From Yuukianura sp. NJ FZ-2021 (taxonomy: Eukaryota), in the NCBI GenBank assembly GCA_046563655.1, contig CM102286.1:13640001-13704000 (forward strand): a DNA stretch of 64,000 bases, in the 5' to 3' direction. The notes under the pieces were generated by a model, which saw only the letters and a program-made list of their open reading frames with translations, had not been told where the DNA came from and made no database searches. Positions within the stretch are counted from its first letter, which is position 1. Every line of letters begins with the position of its first letter. A program made the position numbers and the translations under genes. Positions 60,201 to 64,000 of this stretch are shown here, piece after piece.

Positions 60201-63200
60201 GTTCAGAGACTTTCCAGCTAAAGGCTCCACCGCTTTCTTTCCACTTTTCAAATTGTTCTTTCCACGTCCTCGAGGTAATCAAACCATGCTAATCCTTGCT
60301 CTAAAAATAACTTTCTCTTTTTACTACCACCAACCGACTATAGTTCAACGTAATGCACCAAATTCACTTTTCGTTTTCCAAATTTTGAATTTCCCGCATT
60401 CAAACAGCTTTGATTCTCCATCTTTTTCATACGGTCTATTTTCAGCACCTAACCTAAACTTTTCGTAAAAGTTTGTGTCCGTTTTAAAATTTCAGAAATA
60501 CGTTAGGTTTCATTTCAAACTCTTTCAGTTAACTTGAAGTGTTGCTAGAAAACAAAAAAAAATTAAACTCTTTTTGGTTTTTCAAAATCATCCTTTCTCT
60601 CTCATGAGTAATTGAAAAAAGGTTCTAAAATTTAAATTGAATTATGTTTTGAAATTTTAAAAGGAATGAAAATCTAAATTAATGTTTTTTAAACCCTACA
60701 GTTACATTTTGTCAAATTTCAAAACACTGAGTGTTAAAAAAATTTAACCGTGACCTCTAACGTTTTTTTGAAATTCTTTCTAAAATTTTGTTTTCTAAAT
60801 TGTGCGAATGCAATAATATCCTGTGCTGCGTTTGCTGCAATGCTTCTACGTAATTTTCAAAACAAGATTTCTGCCGCAGGGAAAGCGCTCAAACTTTACT
60901 CCAATTTTCCAGAATGCTTTCACCACAAAATTCTTTTGAAAACTTTAAAAAGTTTTAGATTTTTAAATAATACGAACAACAGGGATCTGGATTATTAATT
61001 ATGCAGGAAGATCAGCTTGACTCATGAGTCAATTTGTCCATGATTCATGATTCATCACTTGTAGTCCATGAGTCAACTTCCTCCAGTGCCTATTCAATTT
61101 AAAGTAATCATTTACTCTAACGCATTTATTAGGCAAAAGAATCCAGGTTCACTTCAGAAGATGAAATTGTACAGTCAGATCAGGTCAAAAGATCCAATGC
61201 TTTCACTTTCTTTTTGAAGAAAAAAAGTTCGCCAAAGTTCAAAATAAGAGAAGTGGTTTCCCTTATTGCTTCCTCTGCGTCAGGGTATGGATAATTCAAA
61301 TAGAAATGCACTTTGTACGCACGTCAGTCTAGAAAAGGACTCAAACGGTTCAACTTTCTCTTTTTTGGGAAAAGTGCGGGAAAGTAGTCCCCTCGAACTA
61401 CGTTTGAATACAAACCAGGGAGGAATTTAGGACTTTCTCCGCCGTTTGAATTTTTCTCAACTCTAAATGACGAATGGGAGTTATTTGACTTGGGATATGT
61501 TAGGTTATACTAAAAAGTTAGGTTATGTTATATGAAAGTTGTGTTTCCTAGGATGTAACCACTTCCCAAGCCAAGTCTTGTTAAATTACCATCAGACAGA
61601 AGAGGATAGGGAGGAGGAGAAAGTGGATTTTTTAGAAGAGAAGAATAGTTTATTCATTCATTTTGAAACGCGTCAGGGATCCACGGTGCTTCACCGCTGT
61701 CGCAGCAGGACACTACGCAAAAAAAAACCGTTGGCACACGAAAACCGTGGAAAAGCAGTCGGAGTTTGCAAAAAATCTGTGTTGAGTTTGGAGTCTTAGC
61801 GTTCTCTTCGTTTTTGAGTAGTGAAGGTATCCCAGGTTGACACTGTGAGTTCAGTGACTATAAATCAGCTTCCAAAATGTCTTTTAGAACAAAAAAGACA
61901 GCGGAGAAGGGAAATGGCCAAAAGTACCGTGCCGATTTTAAAGCACTCAAAACGGAAAGTTAAAAAAAACGAAAACCCTTAAACCTGGCACAATCTGAGC
62001 CTAACTTGAACAAAACAAGTTAAAGCCAGGAGAAGGAAATTTCAAAATGCATTTTCGGTTTTGAGTTTTTGAAAAACCGCTCTGTAGATGAAACGACGTG
62101 GAACGTACAGTATTTCGGAAAGTACTGGTGAACCACAGCGACTACTGACTGACTCCTCATTTTGAATAAATAGAGCCTGCTGTGCCTACTTATTGGAAAG
62201 TAAGGCATTTGTCTTCTCCACCTGCCTTTCCCTTGACGCTTTCTCCAAAAACAGTCAATTTAACGTAAGCGGGAAGTTCAGAGCACGGTGACGGTGTTTC
62301 TGCACCGTGGTGGAAAATGTTCAGTCTAAAAGATCGTAAATCTAGGGGGCTGTGTCAGGTTTAGACACTAAAGAAAACATAGTGTCAAAGTTGTAGAAGA
62401 CGAATAGACTACTAATTCATATATCATCATCATCACCTTCATCATCATCATCATCATCATCACTACCAGCTTTAAACCGTAATCTAGGACGTTAATTCAG
62501 TGTCATGCATTTACTCCAGGATAAACTCCTCAAGAAAAACAATGCTTAAGTTCCTCACAGTTTAAGTTTTCCCACAAATGTTGATTTTAGAACTCCTCAA
62601 ACCCTGCAACTTTCACCTCAGCTGGAAACTCCCTTCAAAAGCACTAAACCAACCGAATTACTAACCTTTTAGTGTCTAACATCCTACAGTATCAAAAAAA
62701 CGAAATTTCTGAAACTTAGTCAACACACATGCGTAGATGTGTTTTCAATCAATTATTGACATGCGAATAAAAAATTGAGGAATTTTTGCGAATGGTCGTT
62801 ATTGTGGACAGACAGACAGACAAACTGACAATGTAGAGTGAAGTAGCTTTTTGTTGTGTATAAAAGCAGAAGTTGAGAAATTTGAGTTATACTTGTGTTT
62901 AAAAATACCGTGGAGCGGAAATTGGCTCCCCGGATCGGAGCTTATGATAATTTTTTTTTCTGAAGTTGTTCAATTTTTTTCTAAAATTATTTGAACAAAC
63001 TCGCACGAAGTGAGTGCTGGAAAAATAAGAAAAGTGGAGTTCAAGGGCTGTTTTTGAAGGGATTTAGATTTGGAAAAGGAAAACAGAAAAGTGGAGCTTC
63101 CTTCCAAAAACTCCAAATTCTAAATTCCAGACCGTGCCAAACGAAGTATCCAGGAGATGACGAAACGTTCATGTGCCTTTTCAAAATGTGCTTTCATCCC

Positions 63201-64000
63201 TTCTCCAGCGGCATTCTGAATTTCCAATCACACCAAATTTCCTAATGATAAATTGAAAAGTCGCACGCACGTTCAGATCACAAAACGTGACGATGAGTGA
63301 CACTTTCAGGAAGGCTTGGGTGCATTTACACAGTCGTTCAAATCTGCATAAGTGCATCTATGTTTTTAAAAAATTCTGTAAAAATTATGGTTTCGCACTT
63401 TTCAAAAAAATTTGAAGCATAATATGAAAGTACGGACGAAAAAAAGGCAACCCTCTAATAACTTTCTTTTAAAAAAATCTGTTTATGAAAAATAGAGAAA
63501 ATTTGTTCAATATTTTGACCTGAGTTGAATTTCTTTTTTTAAAGGAATTGAAAATGTCAAAAATTGTGCCGTTTGTGGATCAGTTTTTCAGTTTTTTTTT
63601 CTTTTTGTGAAGACATGGAACATTTATTAAAAATCAGACTTGAAAAAAGTCCAATTTTAAAAAGAGCGGGAATTTTTTTTTGAGGAGGCGGAGTTTCGTC
63701 AATAGTAAAAAGATGGGTATCACTGCTCATAGGCGGTTTCGAATTTGTGAGATCTAGTGAACGAGGTTTTTTTTTCTTCAAAGTAATAATATATTTTGAA
63801 ATCTCAAAGGAAAAGGAAGGGCACAGAGTTTTTTTCCGCTTTTTTGAAAATGGAACTCACCTTGGTTCCATTGGCCTCCTGCGTACTGTGGGCCTTTATG
63901 TGTACTGTCTGAAATTGGATCCTTGGTTTTGTGCCGTTCCTTTCGAATCTTTGCCACAGACACATCGAACACAAAGGGCTTTACATTATTTACAAAGTGG
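57219..64000 (+). repeat. Large direct duplication, copy 2 (runs off the window end)
   Basis: Matches 48665-55470, with long identical blocks separated by diverged AT-rich blocks. Confidence 0.97.
59499..59737. mobile_element. Duplicated copy of the MITE at 50941-51179
   Basis: caaggttccttgac ... gttagcaaaccttg with the same internal IR. Confidence 0.7.

Noticed and set aside
49491..63972. Identical ORF pairs in the two duplicate copies, suggesting conserved genes
   Set aside because: Identity reflects DNA duplication. Several pairs carry frameshifting indels and none has a recognisable domain.

Overview
AT-rich eukaryotic DNA, most likely arthropod (inferred from the gene family, spliceosomal GT-AG introns and TTAGG-like motifs). 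It holds two paralogous Sidestep-family (nephrin-like) immunoglobulin-superfamily cell-surface genes arranged tail-to-tail. Gene A (+) enters from the left; its last five exons (427-5010) encode Ig, FN3, TM and a cytoplasmic tail ending PESCV*. Gene B (-) has 13 phase-consistent exons (43099 down to 22900; 863 codons plus stop) encoding five Ig domains, FN3, TM and a tail that also ends PESCV*. I could not find its signal-peptide exon on its own strand. A signal-peptide-like exon lies on the opposite (+) strand inside one of its introns (38666-38762). The right quarter is a direct duplication (48665-55470 vs 57219-64000, offset 8554 bp at the left edge) with blockwise divergence. Non-coding DNA contains MITE/foldback elements, a tRNA-like remnant, minisatellites and strongly over-represented short motifs (GGAGAAAG, AAGTGAAAG, AACCTAAC). 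I saw no CRISPR array, rRNA, intact transposase or prokaryotic operon. Most listed ORFs are spurious or are exon read-throughs. I cannot demonstrate a new biological system from sequence alone; the best leads are the antisense signal-peptide exon, the motif enrichment and the mosaic duplication.
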